DNA of 64,000 bases from a virus: positions 13,246-77,245 of IMG/VR virus record IMGVR_UViG_3300034092_001898. One strand, 5' to 3'. The translations under genes and the position numbers were made by a program. The first letter of the stretch is position 1; every line of letters starts with the position of its first letter. The notes beneath the pieces are model-generated. The model saw only the letters and a list, made by a program, of their open reading frames with translations. It had not been told where the DNA came from and did not search any database. Of the stretch, positions 28,478-38,954 are shown piece after piece.

Positions 28478-28824
28478 CCATGGAGATTACACCGACCATT
28501 CTTAAGGCCATTGCAGCACATGGTCAAGAGGATGCACCAAATGAGGCGTGTGGCGTGTTAGCGAATGAAATGGCTATCCCATGTATCAACACTTCTCCAT
28601 GGCCAACCAAGCGCTTTGAGATGAATCCAACGGTTTGGCTTGATTATGACGTAGAGGGTTTTTATCACAGCCATCCAGAAGGAGAGCAAGGCTTTAGTGA
28701 GCAGGATTTGCAAATGGCCAAGTTCCTTGGTATTCCCTCCATCGTCTACATCGTTATCACTGATACAGTGGAGATACTTAGTGAAGACGGCAGTTTTTCA
28801 CGAATTGAGGGAATCAGCCAATAA
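28474..28824 (+). CDS. JAB/MPN-domain tail tip protein (gpK N-domain only)
   Basis: PNEACG, YHSHP, SEQD; no NlpC/P60 domain. Confidence 0.85.
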   Translation: MTMEITPTILKAIAAHGQEDAPNEACGVLANEMAIPCINTSPWPTKRFEMNPTVWLDYDVEGFYHSHPEGEQGFSEQDLQMAKFLGIPSIVYIVITDTVEILSEDGSFSRIEGISQ

Positions 28825-31385
28825 TGAAAATTGTTCTAAAGGGCATTGCTGGCGAACGGTTTGGGGCGGAGCATAGCCTGAATGTACGCACACCGCAAGA
28901 AGCGTTGCAAGCCCTGTCAATTCTGGTGCCAGGTTTTCGCAATTTCTTAACAGTAAGCCATGAACATGGCATCTACTGGAAAGTATTGACGAACCATTGG
29001 GGGCAGGGCATTGAATATGGCCAACTGACCATGCAATGCAGCGAAATGGTGCTGGTGCCCATTATTAGTGGTGCAGCACCTGGAGGCTTCTTTGATAGCA
29101 GCCTAGGGCGGATTCTGACTGGCGCAGCACTCGTGGTCACGTCATTCCTGCTGGCCCCTGCAGCGGCTGGTACGGCTGCCACGTTAATCAAGAGCGGCCT
29201 ATTCACGTTGGGTGGCTCCATGGTCCTCGGAGGCATTGTGCAAGCCCTCACGCCTGGAGTGCCGCAACGCAAGACCAGTAGCTCTGGAGAGCGCAAGGAC
29301 ACAGACGCAGTGGTGTTTGATCGTGCTGCTGATACCACGTCTCAAGGCGTGCCAATCCCCGTGCTTTATGGAAGGTACTTAGTGAGGAGTGCGCCCGTAT
29401 TATCCTCTTATGTTTCAGATGACAATAAGGGCTATTGGCTGGGGCTGGTATCAGAAGGGCCAATCAAAGGCTTTGTTGGTGTTGGCCCCATCGCAGACAA
29501 TGTTTATGTTAATGGCGCCAGATTTTCTGGCTTTGCTGGCTACAACGCGCAGTTTGTTGACGGCAATCAATCTTCCAGTGGTGATTACATTACGCTGGTC
29601 AAAAGTGCTGGCTTCCACATTCCAGTGCAGCAAGACTTTGTGGCGGGCAATTATGCACCAACTGTTCGCAGTTTCACTCAAAAATACGCAGATCGAATCA
29701 GGCTTAGATTTCGCTATGGTCCGGTGTATGCACAAGTTACGCGAACTACTGGTATTAACACCAACAATGATGTTGTAACCAAGATCTCCTACTTGCCCGT
29801 CAATGGCAGCAGCGACATCACTTGGACGCCCATTGGATGGAATGTCAAACTACTTGCAAATGGTGTGCCATTTAGGGATGATAACTATTACGAAGCCGGG
29901 CCAGCTTTGGCCACTAAGATTCGCAACATTTCGTATGATTGCACGGGACGGGACATGCCAATCTCATTGTCAGTGCAGCGCATTGACACTCCAATTCCCG
30001 AAGGACAGGAAACTAGCATCACCACTGGCAAGACCAGTAGCACTCAAGTCAACCTGACCAAAGGAGATTTTCAATGGGTGAGTGCTGATGTGGAATGGGA
30101 CGAAAGACTGCTGTATCCCACGTCCGCATTGTTGGCACTGGAGTTCAACACAACGGACTTTACCAGTATTCCGCAAATTGGCATCTTGGCCGAAGGGCGC
30201 ATTGTTCCCACCATTGATTCCTCTCTCAACGTTTCATACGAATACAGCAATAATCCGGCCTATGTACTGCTGGACTTACTCACTAATCCTCGCTTCGGCC
30301 TTGGTGGAAGGTCTTATACACTTGCTGGCACTGGAACAGTAGTGAATCAGCCTGGCATCAAAATGACTAATGTGAGCTTGGCCGCATTCAAGAAGGCTGC
30401 TGACTATTGCGACCGCAATAACGTACGCTTTAATGCCTATCTAGATAGTGATGCCGATTCCTATGAAGTGGTACAGAATGTTGCATCAATGTTTCAAGCG
30501 CAGGCTTTCTATGCTGGCAATTCCATTTTCCCGACCGTTGATGATGTGGTCAATGATGAAGACTTTAGGTTATTTTCTGAGGCCAATGTCCTGCAGGAGG
30601 AGAGCGATGGTGAAATCACAACTCCAGCATTCCGCTATGAAGGCACTGCAAGAGCGGCGCGGCAAACTGCCGTGCAGGTTAGCTACAACGATGAGCGCGA
30701 CTTCTTTGCTGAAAAGAAAGTATTGGTGGAAGATCGTGAAGCTATTGCCCGCTATGGCTATCGCCTAACCGAAATCCGGGCATTCGGAGCCACCACAATT
30801 CAACAAGCCGAACGAGCGGGCAGGTATTTTCTGGCCACCAATTTGGCCAATGGTGAAACCGTATCGTTTTCGCTGTCCAGTGAAGGCGCTTTGCTTTTGC
30901 CTGGCGACCCCATTTTGATTGCCGATCCATTGAAGCATGGTTCTCGTCTTGGAGGGCGAATTATTAGCGCCACGGCATCTTCAATCGTCATTGATGGCGA
31001 CTTGCCAGGTGGACTTACGGGCTATAACCTTTGGACCTATGGCAGCACTGGCGTAGCACAGCGCGTACCTGTTGCGTCAATCGTTGACCGTACGATCACT
31101 ACCACCCAGCCCTTTCCATTGCTCCCTACCCCGCAGCAGAATTGGCTCATTGCTCGTGATCGTTCTGACGCAATGTTTAGGGCATACAAGGTGCAATCCG
31201 TTAAGGAAGGCGCCGGCGGGTCCTATGACGTGGTGGCAATTCGATACGATGAGGCCAAGTTTGATTATGTGAACAATGGTCAAGGTAGCCCAGCATCGGC
31301 GCAACGTGCTGCACTACGTCGCCACGATACGGACAACCTTGCGATAGCAACAAACGACATTAGCTTTACGATCAAAGCACAATGA
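28824..31385 (+). CDS. Tail tip protein: gpI-like N-terminus fused to gpJ-like body
   Basis: LVPIISGA..QGVPIPVLYG (gpI), then VSEGPIKG, SNNPAYVLLDLLTNPRFGLG, LLPGDPILIAD (gpJ). Confidence 0.88.
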   Translation: MKIVLKGIAGERFGAEHSLNVRTPQEALQALSILVPGFRNFLTVSHEHGIYWKVLTNHWGQGIEYGQLTMQCSEMVLVPIISGAAPGGFFDSSLGRILTGAALVVTSFLLAPAAAGTAATLIKSGLFTLGGSMVLGGIVQALTPGVPQRKTSSSGERKDTDAVVFDRAADTTSQGVPIPVLYGRYLVRSAPVLSSYVSDDNKGYWLGLVSEGPIKGFVGVGPIADNVYVNGARFSGFAGYNAQFVDGNQSSSGDYITLVKSAGFHIPVQQDFVAGNYAPTVRSFTQKYADRIRLRFRYGPVYAQVTRTTGINTNNDVVTKISYLPVNGSSDITWTPIGWNVKLLANGVPFRDDNYYEAGPALATKIRNISYDCTGRDMPISLSVQRIDTPIPEGQETSITTGKTSSTQVNLTKGDFQWVSADVEWDERLLYPTSALLALEFNTTDFTSIPQIGILAEGRIVPTIDSSLNVSYEYSNNPAYVLLDLLTNPRFGLGGRSYTLAGTGTVVNQPGIKMTNVSLAAFKKAADYCDRNNVRFNAYLDSDADSYEVVQNVASMFQAQAFYAGNSIFPTVDDVVNDEDFRLFSEANVLQEESDGEITTPAFRYEGTARAARQTAVQVSYNDERDFFAEKKVLVEDREAIARYGYRLTEIRAFGATTIQQAERAGRYFLATNLANGETVSFSLSSEGALLLPGDPILIADPLKHGSRLGGRIISATASSIVIDGDLPGGLTGYNLWTYGSTGVAQRVPVASIVDRTITTTQPFPLLPTPQQNWLIARDRSDAMFRAYKVQSVKEGAGGSYDVVAIRYDEAKFDYVNNGQGSPASAQRAALRRHDTDNLAIATNDISFTIKAQ

Positions 31386-31732
31386 AAACAGTCACGATCA
31401 CTTGGCAGCCTCCATCGTTCCTGCCCTACACGGTCCTGTCCAATGTCATGCCTGGCGCAGTGTGGGCTGCAAGCACTGCAGATCCCAGGATTGGTAGTTA
31501 CATTGTTGAACGTCGCTATCGACTGAGTGATGATTTTGAACGAGTAGGCGAGGTGACAAGTCCTTCTATTGACATCTCATTAGAAGATGCCTACGAATTG
31601 CAGGTAAGGGTGCAGACCGTGTTGGTGAATGGAGATAAAACCAGTTTTGCAACGACTGGCTTGCGGCCTATCATGGGAATGGAGGCTTTGTTTAAGGAGC
31701 CTACCAACGTCTTTCTATTGGCCATTGTCTAA
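31382..31732 (+). CDS. FN3-like tail tip protein
   Basis: TITWQPP..YIVERR..YELQVRV. Confidence 0.55.
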   Translation: MKTVTITWQPPSFLPYTVLSNVMPGAVWAASTADPRIGSYIVERRYRLSDDFERVGEVTSPSIDISLEDAYELQVRVQTVLVNGDKTSFATTGLRPIMGMEALFKEPTNVFLLAIV

Positions 31733-32394
31733 TGACTGCTGTTCTTTCACTGGGCGTGGAATATGGCCTGACCGTAAGGAAGGAATATCAAGCGCGTGTT
31801 TTTACGATTGCGCAATCGTCTGGCACCACTCCGGCAGAAGTGTTCAAGGAGGGACGGCAATACGAAATCAAAACCGTGCCAATTCCTGATGCGGCAGCAG
31901 TCAAGTTGGATGAGCAACTGGCGGCGTTGAATGGCGGGCTGTTCGTATCCCAATTTTTCATGGACGAAGTGCCGTATTACTACCGCCTTGATCCTGATGA
32001 ATGGTCGTGGCAAACGATTGGACCGAATGCAAACATTGTCTCTTTCGCCGCAAAACGATATTTTCCTGAAGCCTACGAAGTGACAGTACAAGGTAGCGCT
32101 ACGCTGAGGATAAGGCGTGCCGGTTTTGGGGATGGCTACGAGCAAATCAGTAGCGATGGCATCAATCCGAGAGGGCAGGCCTATGAGATTACTACTGTCC
32201 CACTAATTGAAAGCCATGCTCAAGCCCTTGATGCTGCACTGTCCAGTCTTAATGGCTCTTATTTCTGGAGCCGGATTGGCAGCGACACTCAGCCTTGCAA
32301 ATACCGTCTTGATCCTTTCTCCTGGAATACCGGCTATGAAGGCCCCAATCGCACCAGTTTTACTTTTAAGGTGAAGCGAGCTTTTGACCCATAG
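31732..32394 (+). CDS. Minor tail protein M-like with two tandem domains
   Basis: FGDGYEQ..DGINP; internal duplication (YEI.TVP..LD..L..LNG..YRLDP..W). Confidence 0.75.
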   Translation: MTAVLSLGVEYGLTVRKEYQARVFTIAQSSGTTPAEVFKEGRQYEIKTVPIPDAAAVKLDEQLAALNGGLFVSQFFMDEVPYYYRLDPDEWSWQTIGPNANIVSFAAKRYFPEAYEVTVQGSATLRIRRAGFGDGYEQISSDGINPRGQAYEITTVPLIESHAQALDAALSSLNGSYFWSRIGSDTQPCKYRLDPFSWNTGYEGPNRTSFTFKVKRAFDP

Positions 32395-32427
32395 GCTTGT
32401 TACAATCAGCATTGACAGTGAAAGATT

Positions 32428-32832
32428 ATGCCTCCTCTCTACGGTCGTGATGCCAACGGCAATGATGCCTATATCAATGCGGCTGGGAGCGGCACGGCAA
32501 GTTCTCCGTATTCCACGGTGCATGATGCCGTGGCATTTGGCCTGCTGAGCGCTCAAGTTGATGGTGCGGCCAGCGCAGACGTAGTGACAGCCGTGAGCGG
32601 CTACAAGGTGCGAGTGCTGGGACTGGCCCTAACGGCTGATGCGCCGTGCTCTTTGCGGTTCCAGACGGGCGGAAGCGGCAATCTGACTCCACGGTTGCGA
32701 GTGCCTTCGGGCGGTACCGTCACCATCAGTAACGACTTGGGGCTTTTTGATACCACGGCGGGCGACAAGTTGAACGTGGTACTGAGCGGTGTTGCCAATT
32801 ATGGCGTTCTTTGCACCTACCGCTTGATTTGA
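32428..32832 (+). CDS. Putative virion structural protein
   Basis: Beta-rich, Ser-Gly-rich, in the structural operon. Confidence 0.65.
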   Translation: MPPLYGRDANGNDAYINAAGSGTASSPYSTVHDAVAFGLLSAQVDGAASADVVTAVSGYKVRVLGLALTADAPCSLRFQTGGSGNLTPRLRVPSGGTVTISNDLGLFDTTAGDKLNVVLSGVANYGVLCTYRLI

Positions 32833-32834
32833 TT

Positions 32835-33539
32835 ATGAGCACCTTCCTGCCATTGCGGGACATTCCGCAAATTGACATTACGCTGTTTGAGCGTGATTAC
32901 TTTGATGGCATTGGTTTTGTGTTGCAGGATGACAATGGAGACCCTATCGACCTTTCCAGTGCCACAATTTGTGCCTCAATTTATCAAACTACGGCTTCTG
33001 GAACCAGCAGCATTGTCACGTCGTTTAACGTGCAAAAGGAGGAGCCATTCACAAATGGAGCCTTGAACCTGTGGCTTTCGTCGGCTCAAACGCAGACCGT
33101 ATGGTCAGCCTATCAAGGTTACACGACTGGCAACTACCACTTGTTTGTTCCATCGGCTTATGCCAATGAGCAAAGCACAATGGAGCAAACCAACTTGACT
33201 TGGGACTTGCGAATTGAGGTGCCGGAGAAGGCGGCAGATCTTTTGGCCGTTGCTAGTGGTGTTTTTACAGCACAAACTGCGCCACGCATCGCCTCTACAG
33301 ATCGTTTGGCTTTTAGCGGCACCACATCCTCGGGACTGAATTGCAACTTCACCACTGCGAGCCCATTGTACTCTGGGGCCACAAGTGTCAGCCAAGTGTC
33401 TCCCTATCGCTTTACCATTGCTTCTCTTTCTGGTACCACGAATAGTGCATTGGGCGGAGCTTTGTATAAGCTGAAGCAAGACACGGTTATAGTGGGAAAG
33501 ATAGTGGTCGCACAGACCGTCTCTAACTGTTTTGCATAA
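32835..33539 (+). CDS. Putative fibre/baseplate adaptor (BppU-N-like)
   Basis: LQDDNGDPIDLS..L.LSSAQT..WDL. Confidence 0.55.
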   Translation: MSTFLPLRDIPQIDITLFERDYFDGIGFVLQDDNGDPIDLSSATICASIYQTTASGTSSIVTSFNVQKEEPFTNGALNLWLSSAQTQTVWSAYQGYTTGNYHLFVPSAYANEQSTMEQTNLTWDLRIEVPEKAADLLAVASGVFTAQTAPRIASTDRLAFSGTTSSGLNCNFTTASPLYSGATSVSQVSPYRFTIASLSGTTNSALGGALYKLKQDTVIVGKIVVAQTVSNCFA

Positions 33540-33541
33540 CC

Positions 33542-35281
33542 ATGGCTGATTTGAGGGAAGGCATTAGCGTTGTCACGGTAGGAAGAACGACGCCCATCCC
33601 TCCAGGGCCTCAGCCTGCCGCCAAGAGCCTTCCGGTGGTGCTGGCCACGGACACTGAGGCTGTGCCAGTGCGAGTGGCGAACCAGCAGATCACAGAGGTT
33701 TCGCTGAGTCTGCTTGGTGTCCCCCGCTCAGAGGTGGCGCTTGGAATCTTCGCGGACGTGACCACCTATGACATTAACCAAAACGAATGGCAGAGCCGAG
33801 GTGGACTTGGCACCATTGCGAGCGCAGGAACCACCACGCATATTCCCGCTGAAAGCGCAGCCAAAGTTGCCTGTAGCGCTGCCACGACGCCACGCAATCA
33901 ACTGCTGAGCAGCAAGCGCTTCTTCCGCTATCAGCCTGGCCGTGTGAGTAGCTCCACGTTTGGCGTGAGGATGACGATTAGTGCCGACGGTGGTGACATT
34001 AAGAAGTGGGGATCATTTGACAGCAATGATGGTTACTACTTTGAAGTGCAGGGAGGCTCACAGACTGGCACCGATAAGGAGACAAACTTTTATGTGGTGA
34101 GACGAACAAGCGCTTTTGCGTCTTACTCAACACTGGCGCCCAATACTGCCGCTGGAGAGATTGGCACGATTGGCAGCAGCCTGGTCATCAAGCGTGATGG
34201 TCTCACCTATGTTCATGCAGGGCTCTACGACGAAAGCCTGCGAGTGGCTGGCGGGACTGGCGGCAGCACCATTGAAACAGGTTCTGCATTGTCCTTCTCT
34301 GTGCCTGCAGACTATCGCTACACCTATGAGTATCGAGTACCACGAAAGTATTTCTCCTCTGACCGCATGGACGGTCTTACCAGCACTCAATACTATGCCG
34401 ACGAAGTGCCCGGCAAGGCATCGTTTGGCCTGACGTTTGGTGGCACGGCTAGCGCACCAATTCCGAATTACACCAATGGCGACGTGGTGGAAGATGAGGA
34501 TGGCAATGTAGTTGCCGATGAATCGCTCTGGGATTTGAACTTCTCACGAGTGACCATGTATAAGATTGAATACTCGTGGTACGGTGCCGTTGGTGCCAAG
34601 TTTCTAGCCTATGTTCCCGACAAGGACGATCCGTCTCAGGCGCGATGGGTGGCCATTCACCACCTTCGCGTCAGCAACCAAATCATCACCCCGAGTCTGG
34701 GTAATCCCACTCTGCCTCTGAGTTACTACGTTCAGAAGCAAAGCAGCGCCAATGAAGTAGCGTTGTTCAAGTATGGCGCAAGTTACTACATTGATGGTGG
34801 CGACAAGGGGACTATTGTTGCTCGTTCCATCGCTAATTCTGCCGACCGCGCCATTACGGTATCTGGCGAAGCGCTGATTGCGTTGCAGGTTAAGAATGCC
34901 ATCAATTCCATTCGCAATCGGATGCAGGTATATCCCACTCGACTGAGTGTAGGGGTGAATGGAAGGGCCGTAGTTTCGCTGGTCAAGAATCCAACGCTCG
35001 TGTCCGGCGTCCCAACCTTTACTAGCGCCAATGCTTTGAGTCCAATCAACACTTTCATAGGCACCAGTGTTCCGATCGTAAGTGGCGGCACAACTGTTGC
35101 CACGTTCTATGCAGGCGATGGAGGGAACGAATACGACCTTTCGCCTTATTTTGCGTTTAACAAGGACTACCTTTCTTTCCCATTGGCTGCCACTTCTGGC
35201 GATACGCTGTATGTTTTTGTTCGTGGTGCTGCGGCTACCATTAGTGGCAGTGCTGCTATCACTTGGGAAGAGCAGGTGTGA
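33542..35281 (+). CDS. Virion structural protein (RYQPGR/WYGA family)
   Basis: SKRFFRYQPGR, IEYSWYGA, YIDGGD. Confidence 0.75.
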   Translation: MADLREGISVVTVGRTTPIPPGPQPAAKSLPVVLATDTEAVPVRVANQQITEVSLSLLGVPRSEVALGIFADVTTYDINQNEWQSRGGLGTIASAGTTTHIPAESAAKVACSAATTPRNQLLSSKRFFRYQPGRVSSSTFGVRMTISADGGDIKKWGSFDSNDGYYFEVQGGSQTGTDKETNFYVVRRTSAFASYSTLAPNTAAGEIGTIGSSLVIKRDGLTYVHAGLYDESLRVAGGTGGSTIETGSALSFSVPADYRYTYEYRVPRKYFSSDRMDGLTSTQYYADEVPGKASFGLTFGGTASAPIPNYTNGDVVEDEDGNVVADESLWDLNFSRVTMYKIEYSWYGAVGAKFLAYVPDKDDPSQARWVAIHHLRVSNQIITPSLGNPTLPLSYYVQKQSSANEVALFKYGASYYIDGGDKGTIVARSIANSADRAITVSGEALIALQVKNAINSIRNRMQVYPTRLSVGVNGRAVVSLVKNPTLVSGVPTFTSANALSPINTFIGTSVPIVSGGTTVATFYAGDGGNEYDLSPYFAFNKDYLSFPLAATSGDTLYVFVRGAAATISGSAAITWEEQV

Positions 35282-37752
35282 CTGTTTCGGGGTACTACCA
35301 AATTGCAGAAGATCAGCAGCCAGCAGGCTATGGGCTTGTTGACTCTGAACTGATTGACTTCACCACGGGCGATACGCTTATCGACTTGGACGATGGCCTG
35401 CCGCTAACTGGAGACACGCAAGAAACTGTCATTAGCGCATCTGGAGCTTTTCCGGTAGCCCTGATGAACAGTGCTGCCATTCCAGTGGAGGTGGTGAACC
35501 AGTCGGTTAGCGAGGTGGAGATTGGCCTGCTGGGTGTCCCTAGGGCTGAAACGGCACTTGGCATTTTGGGACTGGTCAACACTTATGGCTTGGACCTGAC
35601 TTTATGGGGGCTTGCGCCAGGCGGTCTATCGCTGTATCAGTATTTCCGCGATCCAAACACTTGGACTTTTCAAGTGAAGGATGGCATTGAGTATGGCTGG
35701 TTTGCGCGACACCTTCCCAAGGAAGCGGCTTTACAGGTTTATGCTTTGCCTCCAGAGAAGAGCTACGAATATCTAGAAGATGATGGTACTGGCCGGTATC
35801 CTGGAGGCTACACCGATGGGGTGATTACAAACTACATTGAAAGCAAGCGCACGTTCAGGTATCAGCCCGGTCGGATTACTGGTGTGACGATGGGCGTACG
35901 AATGTCCACTGATAGTAATTGGCCTGGAGAATCCATCTCTTGGGGGTGCCGCAATTCCTACGGCGATGGCTATTACTTTAGGCTGGACAAGGGTACTGAT
36001 TTGTATGTGGTCAGGGAATCACCGGGCTTGCCAACACTTGTAGTACCAAGAGAACAATGGAATGGCGATCCTGTCACTGTTGAGGCTGGCGATACGGGGT
36101 GGAATCTTGACGTGTCAAAAGTGACAATGTTCAAGATTGAGTTTGGCTGGTATGGCGCCATTGGAGCCACCTTGTTCGCCTATGTGCCTATTGACCATGA
36201 CAATGCACGATGGGTGAAGTTACATTCATTTAGAGCAGAGAACCAGAACACTGTACCGAGCCTGAGAAGTCCGTATCTGAGGATTTTTATTCAGGCAACA
36301 CAAACTGCTGGTGCAAGCACTCCGGCCTTCGTTAACTTGTACGGTAGTAGCGTCTACATTGATGGTGGCGATGATGGCACACTACAAACCGCCAGTGCTT
36401 CAACACCAACAGCAGCAACAATCACCAATCAGGCTCGTTCAATTATTGGCCTACTGCCTGCCACTAGGATCAATGACATTCCGAATCAGAAAACACTATT
36501 CCCGACATCGCTATCATTTTCCTCCGACTTGCCAGCCAGGCTTGATCTGATGGTCGTGAATCCTGGAATTGGCAATAGTGAAAGCTATGGCTATGGCCAT
36601 GGTACGACGATTAGCCGCCCTGCTGCAAGTGGCTTTGCAGTGGTGCGCACTAACGCCACCACGTTGACTGGTGTAATCCCCACTGGCCTACCATTTACGC
36701 CAGCCACTGCCCATGGCTATTTGTATTCTGGCTATCCAGTGAAAGTGGTGGCTAGTGGGCTGAACAACTATTTCGCCACTACGCTAAACGCTACAACGAT
36801 TGGCACCAACCGCAATGTACCAGCAGGCACCACATCTGTTGCTTTAGCCGCTTTTGACGCCTATGCCATTGGCAATAATGCTGAAATTGTGAGTGGCGAT
36901 GGAGTGGACCTAGGGGGTTCTAGGCAATATACCGGCAAGCTCTACTTCACTCGACCCAGCGGCAATACTGGCGGCATCTATTGGCGTCTTGGGCTGTGGT
37001 TAAATGCCAGTGGCACGTACCTGCCTGGAGTGTCCACTGTTTCTTGGCTCGCCACGGCTTTCCCTGGCATTGATTACACGCTGTCTGGTGAAGAGATTGG
37101 GGAAGTGGCATTGCCGCCAGAGACTTTCCGGCAAGTTAGCTTTTCGATTGTTGAAAGTGGAGGAGTGGCGACTGTGCGGGGACGACTGTTCCGACAGTTG
37201 GCTGCGTCTCCTCCTCCGGTTACGATTACAGGCTCACCATTTCCTATAAAGGTCGTAGCCGAACTCTACCCTGGCTCTTCACTGAGCGACGTGGTTCTGT
37301 CTATGGCTGCCATGCCAGACGGCTACTTAGGGCTGGCCGGAGAAGATTTCGCCAATGCCTATGATCGCTTTGCTGTGGTGCCAGGATCAGGGCGAACTTT
37401 AGCCATTTCGGGCTGGACGACAAGTGGCAATATCACTCAATCCGCTGTTGGTGGAGCCAATTATGTTGCCAACAAGTTTGAAACGCCACTAAATCTTCCC
37501 TTGACTGGCGCCCTCGTGGACCTGCAAGGGCGCCGCACGCCCTACAGCCTCTCTTCCATCGCATCGTTCTTTGCCGCCAGTGGAGAGAGCCGTACTGTGC
37601 CATTGTCGGCTTATTTTGGCCCGGATAAAACATTCCTTGCTGGCGGTGCTGACACTCCTTATGGCCTAGGGGCATTGTTCGTTGTGGCATCTGCGAGAGT
37701 GTCAGGCCAGACTGGTAATGTATTTGCATCAATTAACTGGAGCGAACAATGA
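35278..37752 (+). CDS. Virion structural protein, paralog of 33542
   Basis: LLGVPR, SKRTFRYQPGR, IEFGWYGA, YIDGGD, ends WSEQ. Confidence 0.75.
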   Translation: MTVSGYYQIAEDQQPAGYGLVDSELIDFTTGDTLIDLDDGLPLTGDTQETVISASGAFPVALMNSAAIPVEVVNQSVSEVEIGLLGVPRAETALGILGLVNTYGLDLTLWGLAPGGLSLYQYFRDPNTWTFQVKDGIEYGWFARHLPKEAALQVYALPPEKSYEYLEDDGTGRYPGGYTDGVITNYIESKRTFRYQPGRITGVTMGVRMSTDSNWPGESISWGCRNSYGDGYYFRLDKGTDLYVVRESPGLPTLVVPREQWNGDPVTVEAGDTGWNLDVSKVTMFKIEFGWYGAIGATLFAYVPIDHDNARWVKLHSFRAENQNTVPSLRSPYLRIFIQATQTAGASTPAFVNLYGSSVYIDGGDDGTLQTASASTPTAATITNQARSIIGLLPATRINDIPNQKTLFPTSLSFSSDLPARLDLMVVNPGIGNSESYGYGHGTTISRPAASGFAVVRTNATTLTGVIPTGLPFTPATAHGYLYSGYPVKVVASGLNNYFATTLNATTIGTNRNVPAGTTSVALAAFDAYAIGNNAEIVSGDGVDLGGSRQYTGKLYFTRPSGNTGGIYWRLGLWLNASGTYLPGVSTVSWLATAFPGIDYTLSGEEIGEVALPPETFRQVSFSIVESGGVATVRGRLFRQLAASPPPVTITGSPFPIKVVAELYPGSSLSDVVLSMAAMPDGYLGLAGEDFANAYDRFAVVPGSGRTLAISGWTTSGNITQSAVGGANYVANKFETPLNLPLTGALVDLQGRRTPYSLSSIASFFAASGESRTVPLSAYFGPDKTFLAGGADTPYGLGALFVVASARVSGQTGNVFASINWSEQ

Positions 37753-38954
37753 CACTTCCTGGCTTGGTTCGAGCTAACAATTTATCTGACCTCACGAATG
37801 TCAGTGAGGCGTGGGACAATCTAGCCCAAGATCTTGACTATTCATACAATGCGCAGAGAGCCAATTACGTTAACAATTCTGCCGTAATTCGACAGGACGA
37901 AAAAAGTAACGTAACAGTGGCACAAGCCAGTGGTATTCCATTGAGCCATGGCGGGCAGTATGTCTACAAGATCACAGAACAGGCTGGCACTGCGATTCCT
38001 TTTCCGTTTGGCTATCTTCGCGCTGCGGCAACAAGTGCAAATTACGCAAACCTTGACTGGCGACTCAATGTAAGCAATGGGCCAGTAGTGGGATCAATTT
38101 TGCTTAAGGCAGGCACGCATAGCTTTGTTGGCATGGCGTTGCGACCTGGGAATGGTGGCAACTTCTTCAAGGACACCAACTATCCCTTTTTTGGTATTGA
38201 CTTGCTTACGGGCAATCGCCAAGATTGCTTTGGTACCGGCAAGCCCTATGAAATCATGGGAGCCGTAGAAGAGGAGGACGGATGGTGGCGAGTGTCCATG
38301 AGCAGCATTTGCCAGCAAGCGTATGGCACTGCTTCGATTGACTTAATCTTTTTGCAGCAGGGCAATTTAGCAGTGGTGCCCAATGCGTCATCCACTGATG
38401 GCAGCAAGTTCTTTTATGCGGCATTGCCACAGATTGAAACTGGCCACGAACCATCGCCAATCATTATCACAGTCAGTGAGCAGCCAGTATCACAAGCGAC
38501 TGTTGCAACGTCGGCCAGTGGCTTGAGCTTTGGTGGAGAGGACATTAGTGCCATTCGTGGTCTAAGCAATGTTGGCACCACCAATCTTTTGCTGGCATCA
38601 TCATTGCTCAGAGCAGCGCAACCACGCATTAGTCAACTTCAAGCGTCAGGCCAAGCGGCAGTTGCTTCGGGGGCTAATTGCCTGCCCATTGTTTCTCCGT
38701 CGTCTACTGGCAATTACGTCGTCAGCGGTCTTGTCGCCAGCGGCTATAGCGTCAATGGAAATGCAATCAATACCGTATCTGTTAGCCCTTTGTCTGGCAC
38801 AACAGCCACTGTGCCACTGCAAGTTGATGGCCTCATTCCTCAGGCATGGAAGGCCGATACAGCATTTGCGTCAGGCAGTCTTTCGTCGCCAAGTCTTGCA
38901 ATTCCCATTGAGTATGATGGTTTTTACGTGGCCATCGTTGTGGGGCAAGCATAA
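37749..38954 (+). CDS. Fibre/spike protein
   Basis: GLVRANNLSDL N-terminus; GWWRVS..PQIE carbohydrate-binding-like domain. Confidence 0.7.
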   Translation: MTLPGLVRANNLSDLTNVSEAWDNLAQDLDYSYNAQRANYVNNSAVIRQDEKSNVTVAQASGIPLSHGGQYVYKITEQAGTAIPFPFGYLRAAATSANYANLDWRLNVSNGPVVGSILLKAGTHSFVGMALRPGNGGNFFKDTNYPFFGIDLLTGNRQDCFGTGKPYEIMGAVEEEDGWWRVSMSSICQQAYGTASIDLIFLQQGNLAVVPNASSTDGSKFFYAALPQIETGHEPSPIIITVSEQPVSQATVATSASGLSFGGEDISAIRGLSNVGTTNLLLASSLLRAAQPRISQLQASGQAAVASGANCLPIVSPSSTGNYVVSGLVASGYSVNGNAINTVSVSPLSGTTATVPLQVDGLIPQAWKADTAFASGSLSSPSLAIPIEYDGFYVAIVVGQA

